From: Orbicella franksi
Taxonomy: Eukaryota
Assembly: GCA_964199315.1 (NCBI GenBank)
Contig: OZ116709.1
Span: 8,308,001 to 8,372,000, forward strand
DNA: 64,000 bases
Direction of reading: 5' to 3'
The translations under genes were made by a program, and so were the position numbers. Shown here one piece after another: positions 1-14,109 of the stretch. Numbering within the stretch: position 1 is the stretch's first letter; every line of letters starts with the position of its first letter. The notes beneath the pieces are model-generated. The model had not been told where the DNA came from, ran no database searches, and was given only the letters and a program-made list of their open reading frames with translations.

Positions 1-1613
1 CAGGTACTACAGGCACTACAGCTACTACAGATACTACAGCTACTACAGCTACTACAGATACTACAGATACTACAGCTACTACAGATACTACAGCTACTAC
101 AGCTACTACAGTTACTACAGCTACTACAGATACTACAGCTACTACAGCTACTACAGGCACTACAGCTACTACAGATACTACAGCTACTACAGCTACTACA
201 GATACTACAGATACTACAGCTACTACAGATACTACAGCTACTACAGCTACTACAGCTACTACAGCTACTACAGCTACTACAGCTACTACAGATACTACAG
301 CTACTGCAGATACTACAGCTACTACAAATACTACAGCTACTACAGATACTACAGCTACTACAGCTACTACAGATATTACAGATACTACAGATACTACAGA
401 TACTACAGCTACTACAGCTACTACAGATACTACAGCTACAACAGATACTACAGCTACTACAGATACTACAGCTACTACAGCTACTACAGATACTACAGTT
501 GCTACAGCTGCTACAGCTACTACAGCTACTACAGCTACTAGAGATACTACAGATACTACAGCTACTACAGCTACTACGTCTACTACAGTTACTACACATA
601 CTACACATACTACAGATACTACAGATACTACAGATACTACAGCTACTACAGCTACTACGTCTACTACAGATACTACACATACTACACATACTACAGCTAC
701 TACAGATACTACAGATACTACAGTTACTACACATACTACAGCTACTACGTCTACTACAGATACTACAGCTACTACAGATACTACATCTACTACAGTTACT
801 ACAGCTACTACAGCTACTACAGATACTACAGCTACTACAGCTACTACAGCTACTACAGATACTACAGCTACTACAGCTACTACAGATACTACAGATACTA
901 CAGCTACTACAGCTACTACAGATACTACAGATACTACAGATACTACAGCTACTGCAGATACTACAGCTACTACAAATACTACAGCTACTACAGATACTAC
1001 AGCTACTACAGCTACTACAGATATTACAGATACTACAGCTACTACAGCTACTACAGCTACTACAGCTACTACAGATACTACAGCTACTACAGATACTACA
1101 GTTACTACAGCTACTACAGCTACTACAGCTACTACAGATACTACAGATACTACAGCTACTACAGCTACTACAAATACTACAGCTACTACAGCTACTACAG
1201 ATACTACAGATACTACAGATACTACAGCTACTACAGATACTACAGCTACTACAGCTACTAAAGATACTACAGCTACTACAGCTACTACAGCTACTACAGC
1301 TACTACAGATACTACAGCTACTACAGATACTACAGCTACTACAGATACTACAGCTACTACAGCTACTACAAATACTACAGCTACTACAGATACTACAGAT
1401 ACTACAGCTACTACAGCTACTACAGCTACTACAGATACTACAGCTACTACAGCTACTACAGCTACTACAGATACTACAGCTACTACAGCTACTACAGCCT
1501 CTACAGCTACTACAGATACTACCGATACTACAGCTACTACAGCTACTACAGATACTACAGATACTACAGATACTACAGATACTACAGATACTACAGCTAC
1601 TACAGCTACTACA
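1..1613. repeat. 9-bp tandem repeat (G[C/A]TACTACA)n, ~179 units, truncated by window edge
   Basis: Strict 9-bp period with no indels from 1 to 1613; units alternate GCTACTACA/GATACTACA with rare variants. Reads as (L/I)LQ in frame +1 and (A/D)TT in frame +3. Confidence 0.97.
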
Positions 1614-3390
1614 GTGACTAGCTACTATATCAGTGCTATAGCCAATATATAGGCGACACTACTAGCAAATGTGTGGGTGTATCTCGGGACATTATACGTA
1701 GTCTTACACCAAGTACTAACCCAGCAGGTCGAATAAAAATAATGGAAAAATAAATTTTGGAAAAAGGAAACAAAATTTATGCTGGAACGACAGCTGCTGA
1801 TGTTCATAAATTTATTTCGTACAACAGTATGAGACCATTTGTATTCAGTATTTACTTGAGTTTTACCATTTTCAAGTTTTTTATTTTTCTGTTGACTTTT
1901 TTCAGTTTGCCATTTTGTTAGGTCAACAAGACGTCACCACCTTGCAAAATTGTTCATCTATCAAATTGGGGTTTATTTAGGTTGGCATAGGACATATGTA
2001 TTGCAAGGCCATAGCCAGACTCAAATTCTTACTGAAGCAATATAAAAAAAAAAACGCTTCCTTTATATAATTTTTTATTGATCGATTTATCTTCATTTTA
2101 TGCATAGCCTCTCTTACAGGAACTTGAAATGAATAAATTTATTAGAACATTTTAGTGCCTCAGTTCACCTGGCACTAGCTACTAACAGCCCTGAGCATCG
2201 GCATTGACCAAGGCTGGTCTTAGATGTCTCAATGCATGTTGCAGAGGGGAAAGAATCTGTCTACTGAGACATGCACATTCCAGATTATTGATTGATTGAT
2301 ATCAATTAAACATTTACTATTAGTCACAAAAGGGCCAAATCCAGACTCACACGAAATATGCAGAAAAAGTACCGGAAGAGAAAATTTTATCCCTTTAATT
2401 TGAAAGTTAGTTCTTTTACCCCAAAAGGATTAGAGCTCTTCTTTGGATCTAGACTGCTGGCACTCTGTTTCCCCTCAGAATCAGGCAGGAATTATGAGGC
2501 GAGATGTTTCAGACTAGAGGGTATTGAGATGAAACCTGGTTGTGGCATGCCCAACCCCTTCTTGTCCATACTGCCCTTTTGCATTCATGTGTAATGTGTA
2601 ATATAAAGTCTGCAATTTCAAATGGTGCACAACCACACAACCTTGACCTATTGCACAAACCATTGTTACAAAAACTTTGATCCTAAATTAGGTACATTTC
2701 ATATGACATTAAGTTCAAATTATGTAGATGGTCTGTTTATAGTTCTGTAGCTTTGGGACAACATTTCCCCACACGTTGCACACCTATGATGATTTGATGT
2801 GCATGATCATATTCTATTTCATTAGAATAACGTTGTGGCTGGCTATGTAGGCTCTTAAAGCATGTGCACAATTACATCAAGGCCAAAAAGTATTACCAAG
2901 CAAATAAAACCATTGACAAAAACCGTTTTATAACGAACTATGATTATTATGTGGTATGCAAAAACAGTAATTCTCATTAGTTCCTTAATTGGCTTTGAAT
3001 TAAAATATCGACAAGGAGCTTGAAGCTCTCATGAAATCACAAGAGTTAAATAGTTACTCACATGAGAATCCACCAGACTGACGACTGCAGTAAGTTCAAC
3101 AGAACAAATCTCTACTAAAATGGAAAACTATTTTCCAAAGTTCCCATGAAGTGAAACCAAATATAAAAGCTAACCCTGACCCTATGTAAAATTTCAAGCT
3201 TTTAGCTTATTAAAATGCAATAATTATTGTTGCTTTACAGGAAATTTTAGATGTTGTAATAGTGAAATTTCCACTGCCCAAGGATTTCATAGTGCATTTT
3301 ATATCAACCCAAGTAAAATTAATATTTTTGCTGGTTGTTCAAAAGTAAAATAAAAATAAATATATAGATCTGTGGTATGGATGAAGAACA

Positions 3391-3569
3391 NNNNNNNNNN
3401 NNNNNNNNNNNNNNNNNNNNNNNNNNNNNNNNNNNNNNNNNNNNNNNNNNNNNNNNNNNNNNNNNNNNNNNNNNNNNNNNNNNNNNNNNNNNNNNNNNNN
3501 NNNNNNNNNNNNNNNNNNNNNNNNNNNNNNNNNNNNNNNNNNNNNNNNNNNNNNNNNNNNNNNNNNNNN
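3391..3569. other. Assembly gap (179 N)
   Basis: Run of N characters. Confidence 1.
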
Positions 3570-4230
3570 GGGACTGGTTATGAAGCCCAGCAAACATCAA
3601 AGAAGCAAACAAAGATGCCAAGATTTATGTTGGAGGTCCACGACTGTGCACAATCTTTTGTTTTGTGCTCATACACTATGCATGAATTATGTAACCAACA
3701 CATTTCTATTGGTTAGTTCCTCAGTATGGAGTAAACAACTATTGTGTTTTGTGCACGGTCAAGACCAAAAAAGAGAACAAAAACATACAACAAAGAACTT
3801 TGTTGCATTTCATAACCATTCCCCTCTATTAACTATGGTTGATTGATTGATTGATTGATTGATTGATTTAACCTGAACCAAGTAATATTACTCCACTGCA
3901 AAGTTGTAAATACATTGAACATGTAATAACCAGTAATTTAAATAAAGGCAAAAATTATAAACAAATATAATATTTTAGACCTATAAAATTTTTTTGAAAA
4001 ATTATCACAATGTTAGCAGTATGATTATGTTGAGTTCTAATCAGTTTGCATAAAATTTAACTATACTATTTTACTATACTATTATACTAAAAGTACTACT
4101 TTTTTAAACTTTGTAGTCCTCTATTCAGATTGCACAAAACCAAAACTACTGGTAATCATCATCACCGTGATCTTCATAGGCACCACAAGCATGGTACCAT
4201 CACCATTACTCATCAAGCCCAATCCTAATG

Positions 4231-7200
4231 TCAAAGTGATGATGTGGGTTGACCTAGCTTGAATCTCGCAATCCTGAATGGCGACATGTCATAGGACGGC
4301 GTTTCATTCATGGCTAGTTGCGCGAGAATCTTGCCACTGACTGGGCCAAGCTTAAACCCATGAGCTGGGAAAAACAAATGAACAAGAACAAGAGTGAGGA
4401 ACAGCCAAAGAGCTAAAGTTATTGTGCAATGTAACTAAGGCTGAAACTCATTCAGAGTTTAAGGTGGATCTTGCTTTTCCTCTTCATAAGGGATGGCAAA
4501 TGGTCCAAGAAAAGTAATCCCACAGAAAGTTAGTCAAATTTCAGCTATTTAGAGACTCACCATCTGAAATTCTTTATTTCTTTTGCAAGGCCAAAATAAT
4601 GAGTCTCAGATCCATAGAAAACATGTAGGTCTTTCCACCTTGTTAGTCTCAGATTTACCATTCACTACACATGCCTCATTATATACATTGACATGCTACT
4701 GTGTAATTACGCCACAAAGCAAAAAGCAAAGATTTATATATCTAAGGATTACATTCCACTGACCATGTTCTACTACCAATTTCTTGCCTAAATGCCACCT
4801 TTATATGTAGTTACACTGTATCTACCCAGCATTAATCCTCCTCATCGGACATTTTCCATGACTATGTAACTTGCGTCAGTGACTTCTTTCCCAGGATTTT
4901 TACCAACAACTTCACTAGCAGCAAAGCTTAAGCCTGGGTTTGAAACAATCCTTGTTGACTCAAAATGGAAGGCTTAAATAATACCTAAACTTATTCTTAC
5001 CAGAAAAGCCAGCGCCAATGATAACATTTGGAAACTTGGGATGTTTATCCAACACATAGTTCTCATCAGGCGTGAGCTAAAGTAAAGACCAAATTCAGGT
5101 TCAATTCAATTTAAAATGCAGTTATACAGTTTAAAACCCATCACAGCTCATTAAAAAGAGAAAGATTGAGTTTAAATGATCTGGTCCGGTTGTCCTCTAA
5201 GCTTTCACTGGAGAATGAGGTATAATGCACTGCTTTGTTTTGGGGATTGTGTAACCCAGTGCATAACCCCCAATTTGGAGAATTAGAATGTGGCTTTATC
5301 TATCCTCTCTCTCGCAGACTAATCCAGGCAGCAGGTTATAAAGGCATACTGTGAGGATCTCATTAGGCAAAATTACTGAGGGGTGGTAAAGTTGACATAT
5401 CCCATAGCCCTAGGGGATCCCTGGTGAAAATATTGCAAGAATCTTCAAAGATATTTACATGGACTCTTGCTGGATACTGCACACTTCTTGCAAAGATCCT
5501 GCAAAGGTTGTAAACATTCTTTCAAGGATCCTCAAAGATCCTGGCAAAATTATGATCAAATCCTTGATGATCCTGATGAATTCTTGTAAAGATCTTGGCA
5601 CAATTTTTGCTAGATAAGATCTTAACCAAGATCACAGTTTTAGATCTATTTACTAAGATTCTTAACTTGACAAATCTTTGAAGATCTGTAAAGAATAAGG
5701 ACTGATCCTCTTAGATCCTGCAAGGTTTCTTACAAGTGAGAGTAATCTTTTCACACCCATTTGGCTTAGATACAAAGTTGACTGGCTCAATCAAACAGAT
5801 TCCATTGAAATGTTTTTGAAGAGAACAAAGGCAGAAGTATCTAACACAGAGTATCATGAAAACTAAGACCCTCATAAACTATTGTTTATATAAGAAGGCC
5901 AAGAGCCACTCATCTGATTCACAGTAATTTCTCAGCAAAACTACTTTGCCAAATGTCTGTCAGCTGGAAATCACTATCTCAAGATTTGCGAAGACATCCT
6001 TAGTATTAATTCTGTTCCAACAGTCACACAACCCTAGTCCCCAATCGAGCAAACCATTACACAGCATTAAAATTTCGTGAAATCCATAATTCCAGAGTTT
6101 ACATTGGTCTATGTCTAAGATGGGGTAATCAGTTTTTGTTGCCCAAAAACTAATATGGGGTCCTAGTTAAACTAAGATGAGGTCTTAGTTTTCATAGTAT
6201 GAAAACTAAGATGGGGACTTAAGGTCTTAGGTGTTAGTTTTTGAGGGTCTTAGTTTTCACGACACCATTTAACATACTGTATAAGTGCAAGCTTCCACTA
6301 TAGCAGGCTCTCGATAATCCAGGTGAGGAAAGTGTTCCCGAAGGTATGTGCTTGTTCTTCGTATCTGCACCTCTACAAGGTCTCTGTGAATGTCCCTTGC
6401 ATCTGGGTCAATCTCCCTGCGAATTTCTGGCAGTTTGCAAGCACCTGTAGGCCCAAACTACAAAGAAGAACAATCAACCATTATACCAAGACCAGTTTCA
6501 ACCTTGTTAACTTGTCACTTTTACACTTACAGAGCCCCAAAAAATAACCAACTAAAGTTTTCTTGAATTAAGCTAAGTGAAACAACAGACATCTTCAAAC
6601 TGGTATCATCAGTAAACTCTAGACTTCTGTGTTTAGTCCAAGGGTTAATTTTGACTTGCAATATTCAAAACATATACAGGTCTAAATAAGAAGCTACTAC
6701 AGGTATTCCTATAGCTTCCCCAATCAGTCCTTGTTTTTCTACAATCATGTAACTTGATGATCAATTCAAATGACAGTTTATCTGAGACATGTTTATCCTA
6801 GGAATGTCTGGCGTTCCAATGATTTGCTGTAATTGATTTTTGAATATTTCATAATTAGAATAATAAATTATGTCCAGAACTGTTCCATGACATCCTGGCA
6901 TCCAGCACTCCAACAGATCACATTTACAGTGATCTGTCATATTTCATGAATCAAAGTAGTTCATATTTTAAAGTTCCTTAGTGCAGATTTTGTATGCCAG
7001 ATGTGAAAAAAGTTTAACTGATTTGCATACATGTACGGTACTCACAGATTGAAAATTGAGAACTGTTGATACACAACAGTTACACATAATGCTTAGGGAA
7101 GGCAGGTAAATGTACATACTAATGATGTAACTTATCATTTGCCTCACTAATGCAAGTTATGAATAAGAAAACATCTTTGTTAAAGGAGTCCAGTCACAGT

Positions 7201-10200
7201 CTTTTAAATTATTTTGGCCACATACAAAATAACCTTTAAATTGAAGGAAACCTGAAAATACTAGTTTACTAAGATATAAAAACACCAAAGAGATAATAAT
7301 AAACTATTAAGGAACAAAGATCACTAAGGATGGAGAAGATTGACAACAATTACAAATGACGAACTTGAAAAAATGTAGGCTAAACTATTCAAGATGTGCA
7401 AACCATTACGTAGCTCCTTTAACAGGCTTGATTTTTACAAACCAAGAAGGAGCCCATGATCAAATTCTCCTAACACAAAAGTACTAAAATAACATCAAGA
7501 TCAGTTGGGGGAATTTGTACATTGACAGATCAGGACTTACCTTTACCATATCAGGGTACTCAAATGAAGGAATTGCATATAAGAGTCGGCCATCAGAAAC
7601 TGTGCAGTCATGGAAAGTAGGAAACCCACTCTGCAGACTGTATGTACCAGGTTGTTTTGTCTTCCAATACAAAACTGGAGCTTTTGTTGGCTAAAAATTT
7701 AAACAAAGACAATTGGCAAGTAAATTTGTGGTCCCATGAAACACCATACACTACAGTCCCCAAGGAAGGTCATTGGAAGTTCCAAGGGGAAAGAAGTTTT
7801 CTAAGACCACTAAATTTGAATATCCAAGGGAAGGGGTGCAAGACTTCAGACCAAAAACATATTCAATGGAAGGGGTGTGAATATTTTATGAAGCCATGCA
7901 AATGGCACAAAAATTTACATTATAAATATATTTCAGTCATGTTATTTTACTGCATACAGTCAACTTTCTCATATGCGGACACTCTTGGGAAATTGGAAAA
8001 AGTGTCTGTTAGTAGAGCTGTCTGCTTATGACAAGAATTATTCCCATAAACGGACACCAAGGAAAAACAGGATGGATCCGTTCATGGTAGAGTTAATTAG
8101 CAGGTGTGAACTACATGTTTTATAGTGTAGACAAAAATAGAAACTCGAACTTTTCGTTGCATTAAAGACAGATTTCACTGTCTGGAGTCAATTATTATAC
8201 ATGGGGTGTCCACTTACAAGATCTAGCATAAACAAAAGAAAAATTTAACTTTTTTCATTCTCAAAACTCTCTGCATCTGCTTGCGAGAGAGTGTCTACCT
8301 ACAGAAATGTGTAAATACAGAGATTGACTGGGAGGTAAAATAAGGAAGTGTCTATATGTAGAGCTGTCTGCTTATGAGAGCGTCTGTTAGTGGAGAGTTG
8401 ACTGTATTTTCTTTGGAGTGGTGTGTTATCAGTTTACAAAACCATTTATCAAGGAACAAAAAATAAAATCTTCACTTATATTCATTCTAGACTAGTTCTG
8501 GTACTCTCTCTGTCAAGCAATGCTTGCATGACAGGGAGAAGGCGGAACTGGACTTTATTAATTCATGCCATATTCTTGCCATGTTGCTCTAGAGATAGTC
8601 CACAGAGAAACCTGAACCACTGGCTACGGCTTCAGCCATATCTGAGGGCAGGAAGTTATAATGGGGTAGAAAGTTAAATACAAAAAAGCAACTTTATTTG
8701 TGCATATTCAAAATTTTGTTTTTCTTACTTTGAGAGGCAAGGTAATTCCTAAAGGTTTTAGCAGTTTATTGGTCCATGGCCCTATAAACGTAAAAGATTA
8801 ATATTAATACTATTTATTAATTACCATTAATAACTTACCGCATATAATTTAACTTCCAAGTGTACTTATTAACTTAATGTTATTCACTTTAGTTAATACT
8901 ACTAGATTGTTGATTATTATATGGCTGTGTCTCACAAGGACTGGGAACTACCGAATTGAAGAATTTGATTGGCTGAAATCGATATTGAAAACAGTCTAGA
9001 TTTTCCCATCTAGACCGGCATCTAGACTAGTAATGTTTTGCGGTGAAAAAGTTGCAAACTTCAATGCAAAAATGTTTACTATTTTCTTCTAACAATATAT
9101 ATTTATGGCAATGCCAAAAAGTATGATAAGAAAAGAAAAGAAAAGTAAAGAGGACGAGCAGACTTCGGCAGAATTAAGTTCAGCTCATCACCGTTTGCAA
9201 GCAAAATGTCGGCTAGTACAAACCAGTTACACTAAACAAATTAAATTTCTTGTGCTTGACATATAATAAACATCTTATTAACCGAGCTTAGTCAGTCTGT
9301 ATGGGAGAATCTTGACCTCAGTCATGAGTACAGACCTCGATCACAGCGTTCGGTCTGTACTCTCAACCTTGGTCAAGATTCTCCCATACAGACCTCCTGC
9401 TCAGATAATAAGAGCTAAGTAATGCAAGGAAAGCCAACTTGGAGTATAATTTGTGTGATCATCCAGGTGAGGGTAGTTCTGAAAAGAACTGTTGCTGGTG
9501 ACTGACATTTCGACAAACTGAGCAGAAGTCATCTTCAGAGTCAAGTGAATAGTGTTTGTCAGTCGATGATGTTACAAGTCTGGTCCGTTGAAGGTGATTG
9601 GTCAGTTTAGCCATGATGGCATTAGCTGAAAGACTCGTGTAAAGTTTGACATCAGTCATTGGTCAGTTTCAATCTGTCTATTGTGAGTCAAATTGGTCTG
9701 TTTTTGGTCTATCTATTGTTAGTCAAATTAAGTCGGTCTGTTAGAAGTCCGTTTGTCGGATTCGTTTCCGTCATGGAAGTCCATGGAAGTCACCAACAAC
9801 AGTTCTTTTCAGAACTACCCTCACCCGGATGATCACACTATACGAACTACTGATACTCCTGGGTTCAAACCATTTACTATGTTCATCTTGATAAATAGAG
9901 AGTAGCCTGTTCAAGGCTCTTAGTCAGTGGGAACGATCGAAAAAGTGGGTGCAGGACAAGCGGGGTCTTTGCTTGTCCCGCGCCCACTTTTTTTATCGTC
10001 CCCAGAGAGGAGTATATGAATCCCCCTTTCCCCCTCCCCCCAAAACAAAATCACCAACACACAGGTGTAGAAATTAGCACTTTTGTTGAGTGTCTCACTG
10101 AACAGTGAAACACAGGCTACTGGTACTGGTTAGCCTATGGCTTGAAACTGGGACCAGACCACAAGTAGGAAGTCCTTAACATCTTGATTTACATTGGGTA

Positions 10201-13200
10201 CATTTAATGGAAGGAGCAAATTGAATGAACCGTTCGGTGTTTGGTCAACGAAAAATATTGATGGAATATTTAACAGTGTAGGTAATTACCTGCTGTGATT
10301 ATCACCTTGGAAGCTGTGAACAAATTCTTGGCAGTCTTAATTGTAACTAGAGATCCTGGATGGACTTCAACAGCACCCTCACCATCCTTCAGTGTACCAC
10401 CAAACTCAACAAATTGTTGCTGTAGATTAACCAGTTAACAAGAACTAAAATTAATACTCTATTTCTTAATTAATAGATGTAACACAGTAAAGGGTGTCTG
10501 GAAAACCCAAATAGCAAATAGCAAATAGTTGCGAATAGTGAATAGTGGATAGCGAATAGTCCCGAATAGTGCAAATAGTCTCGAATAGTGCGAATAGTGG
10601 CGAACAGTCGCGAAAATGGCGAACAGCGATGAATAGTCCTCAATAGTCACTGCTTTAGACCTAATATCCTGTGTTAATGGATTATCCAAATAAGCAACAG
10701 AATTTCAGTGAATTTATTACCTTTTCTTCTCTGGACTCAGGCTAGGGCTGTCTATCGCCAACATTAAGAAAACAGAAAACACAAGGATAACCTAGTAAAG
10801 ACATATATATGCTTTTGCAGCGGTTAAAACAGAAGAAATTACGTTTAGCAAAACTTTTTGTCTTGATAAGCGTCTGTACTTTTTTTGCGGGAAAATCCCA
10901 TCCCACATTGCTGCGAGGTTGACCGCGAGATACTGGGTACCCTATTTGTTACAATTTGCCACTATTCGCCACTATTTGACACTATGCAAGACTATTCACA
11001 CTACTCATACTATTCGTACTATTTGCTATTCACTATTCGGGACTATTCGCTGTTCACTATTTGCGACTATTCGCTATTTGCTATTCAGGTTTTCCAGACA
11101 CCCCAAAGTAAATAGATTCTCTTAATTCTCAAAAGTGATTTATCTAGTATCTTATTACATGTACTCCTTACAGCATCCATAAAACAGTTCATCACAAGAT
11201 ACATGTAAAATTTATAAACACACCTGAGAGGGCCAATAACTAAGATCAGCCAATCAAGAATGCTTTTTACCAGTCAGGTGTAATAGATTAAATGTCTTAT
11301 TAACCCTGAAGCTTGTTCTCATACATTCATCCTTGAGTATCTCCCAGGGGTAACTAGCCAGCTGGTCAACCCATGCATCAATTAAGAACTTAACCATAAC
11401 TTTTTTGTTTCTGCTGTTTGAGTCAGCTACCTGTGTAGTTGATCCATTGAAAACTTATGCAGTAGGGGAATCCATAATAGATTTTTCCAAATTAGCAGAG
11501 TGCAAAGAAAACCAATTTTGGGGCTTGCATTTAACAGGCTGAGTTGTCAAAGTGCAATCTCTCGTTTATTTTCTGTAAAAGCAAAGAGTGAATTGTTGGA
11601 AGGCTAAAACGTAGCTGCTGAAATTAAATTAAGAATACTACTTTCCTTCAAAAGGTACTCAAACAGCAGACAAGCCAAACAGATTCTGTTATATCAAATA
11701 CTAATCAAGGATTATTATTCTCCAGCAGTGTGAACAAGTGAACTAATTCTTTCTTTTATTCCTTCACCAGGTTCTTGTTTTAAAAGCAAAGTTAAAAACT
11801 TACTTTTTTAAATTAGCGTATAGCATGCCATAGTTTTACAATATTTTTTTTAAATTGCATTATTTTTAGACACATTTTTCTTACATTTTTACTGAAATCT
11901 TAATCTTACATTGTAAAGCACTTTAGAATATTTTATAATCTTAGCACTACGTAAATGTATTATTATTGCCATTGTTATTATTATAATCAAAACTATAACA
12001 AAATTCTTGAACATGATTGGCTATCAGCAGCCTGATTTGAGCATTAATTGGACAATGTACGCATCATGCTTGTAATTGGACAGTACGCGTCATGTTGCAC
12101 GTGCTGTTGCGGTGCACTTTGTTGAGTAAACTGGTGTGTTTTTCAGCATTCATAACAACATTTAATTGTTCAGTGCTCAATCAATGGTTTGTTCGTTTCT
12201 CGAATTTTGTCATAGTTTTGATTAATTGGTAACAGGACATCGTGTCGTCCAATTCAGTCTGTAATCATACTTGTGATTAACAAATCGGACTCCTGCTTTG
12301 GGATCATCCGATTTTGTTAATCACTTGTATGATTACAGACCGAATTGGACTCCACTCAGTCCTATTACCATTATTTATATTATAATTATGTTATGATTTT
12401 TTTGTGAGAAAAATTTTGAAAAAGGAAAGGATTTTGGAGTTAGGTTACCTTGGATGACGTGGTGGCTACTAAAGGAACACCACCGCACTTTATAGCATTA
12501 CTGTGTGCTAATTCCTACCTGAATTTTTCAACTATTCTTATACAACATGAAAGTCGCATTTCACCTGTAACACTTTCAAGCATTTATCAGCTTTCAAAAT
12601 CCCTGCTGAATGCTCTAGTAATCCAGTGTAATAAGATGGAAAGCTTAATTCTGGAAATCTTTTCTTCAGTTTCTGGCTTGACAAAACTTCATAACTCTCT
12701 CCAGCAGCATCAAGTGAACTTATTATTTCTTTTATTCCTTCACCAGGTTCTTGTTCCACAGTTAACATTCCAATGTTTCTGAAATTATTCATAATTTCAT
12801 AATTGAAATGTTGTCTTCAGATTCTACAGACAGAAATAGGCCCTATATCAACATTGGTTTCAGGCTTTCAGGCAGTTTTATAAAATAATAATTCTACCAT
12901 TGGCACAACAGTGACAAACCCATGCGTAAGTACTGAAGAGGATCATTGGTGGTGAATTGTGGAAGAGTTGCTAGGACAAATTAATTAATCATGACTACTT
13001 TAGGGAGTCAGTGGGTTCAGCTGACAAAGCGAAAGACTAAAGTATAGTTTGGGTAATGTATACCGGTACTTACCATACAGATGGCTAGATATTGGCCTTG
13101 TGCTTTTTTGCGTGCTTATGGACCTCAACTCCTCAACTCCGGGGGCAGGGGTGGGGTGGGTGGGTGGTACTCCCTTATATGGGCTGATATAGGTATGTGC

Positions 13201-14109
13201 GGCCCCAAAGGGTATGGTTTTTCAGCCGTTTTGGTCATAAACAGGGTATCAATTTTAGCTGATTTTGGCCATTTTGGTCATAAATAGGGTACGGTTTTTG
13301 CGTTCTGGCCTTGATATGGGTATGTTTTTAAGAAGAAGCCACTTTTTGATCATTGTCGCAAGAAAAATCAACAAAAGCATTTCACACATCATGTTTACCG
13401 TGATTTAACATTAGTCTGAACTAGGGAACTAATTATAACGCAGGTCTGAAACAGGGTTTTGATTTAAGGGTCAGGTCATAAATAGTGCTGGGAATATTGC
13501 AGATTTTGGTCATAAATAGGGTAAAGGTTTTGGGAAGTGGGCTGCCCACCCCTACCCAATTTTTCTGGGAGTACCCCCCCCCCCCGGATTCAACTCTGCC
13601 TCTGTCCATAAACACGCGAAAAAAGAACTTGGCCAATATTCAGCCATCTTGATCTCATGCTTGGTTATAATCCAAATAATTATTATATAGTACATTAACT
13701 AAATATTAATACCTACGTTATCATTATTTCCTGCTGTGCTTTTGTTTCAATCTCTTCCCACATTTTACGGGCTTCACCAACCATTTTAGTATAATAGGCC
13801 TCAGCATAGGAGAAGCGAATGATTCTTGTCTGCCCATGAGAACTGCCTCGCCAGTGTGGAAGAGGAAACTTAACGAGAAAAAAAGTTGCCCATTTAATGA
13901 GTCCACTTTGAATACTTAACGTGAACTTAAGCTTGCTATCACGATATCCAAAAAGCAACTGATTGCTGATGGATGTTAGAATAGCCGTTAAAACTTACCT
14001 GCTCCAATAAAAGAGTTTTTTGCCCTCTGGAAGCGAGGTAACGAGCTGCAGAACTTCCTACTACACCAGCTCCGATCACACAAACGTCGTACGACGGGTG
14101 TAGAGACAT
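4231..14109 (-). CDS. PIPOX: Peroxisomal sarcosine/L-pipecolate oxidase (FAD-dependent), 9 exons, 399 aa
   Basis: Exons (-): 13999-14109 ([37 protein letters not shown], GxGxxG), 13717-13868 ([21 protein letters not shown]), 12565-12778, 10290-10419, 8729-8781 (GPWTNKLL), 7541-7690, 6278-6457 (EACTYT), 5001-5076 ([20 protein letters not shown]), 4231-4364 (AHGFKLGP...SSL*). All GT..AG, phases match, total 1200 nt. Confidence 0.93.
5850..6266. mobile_element. MITE with ~30-bp TIRs in PIPOX intron 7
   Basis: gtatcatgaaaactaagaccctcataaact (5851) is the imperfect reverse complement of agtttttgagggtcttagttttcacgacac (~6236-6265). Confidence 0.6.
7955..8406. mobile_element. Tc1/mariner-type MITE (TA-CAGTCAACT...AGTTGACTG-TA)
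   Basis: Terminal inverted repeats tacagtcaact/agttgactgta with TA at both ends. Confidence 0.7.
8911..9411. repeat. Dispersed repeat ending in a long hairpin
   Basis: Perfect 23-bp inverted arms 9295-9317 / 9371-9393 (gtctgtatgggagaatcttgacc), with inner and outer imperfect arms; gattggctg motif near the 5' end. Confidence 0.7.
10492..11103. mobile_element. MITE with long TIRs built from (gcgaatagt)-like micro-repeats, PIPOX intron 3
   Basis: gggtgtctggaaaacc at 10492 and ggttttccagacaccc ending 11103; subterminal aatagt arrays mirrored by actatt arrays. Confidence 0.75.
11994..12373. repeat. Dispersed repeat ending in a long hairpin
   Basis: Imperfect inverted arms 12247-12289 / 12307-12350; gattggct motif near the 5' end. 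Confidence 0.7.
13081..13660. mobile_element. Hairpin repeat split by a nested G/C-ended MITE (~13139-13587)
   Basis: Arms atggctagatattggcc..cttatggac (13081) and gtccataaacacg..ggccaatattcagccat (~13604-13646) flank an insert with ccggggg...cccccgg ends; tcaactc occurs on both sides. Confidence 0.6.

Noticed and set aside
499-1617. 372-aa poly-(L/I)LQ ORF
   Set aside because: By-product of the 9-bp repeat; TTG start, implausible composition, and four of six frames are open.
3584-3690. Protein-like NIKEANKDAKIYVGGP next to the gap
   Set aside because: Upstream in-frame stop, no good acceptor, no family match.
3319-3716. ORFs containing X runs
   Set aside because: They span the assembly gap.
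4880-4940. Apparent VVGK-like copy of the last PIPOX exon
   Set aside because: Frameshifted and lacks the HGFK context; the real exon is 4231-4364.
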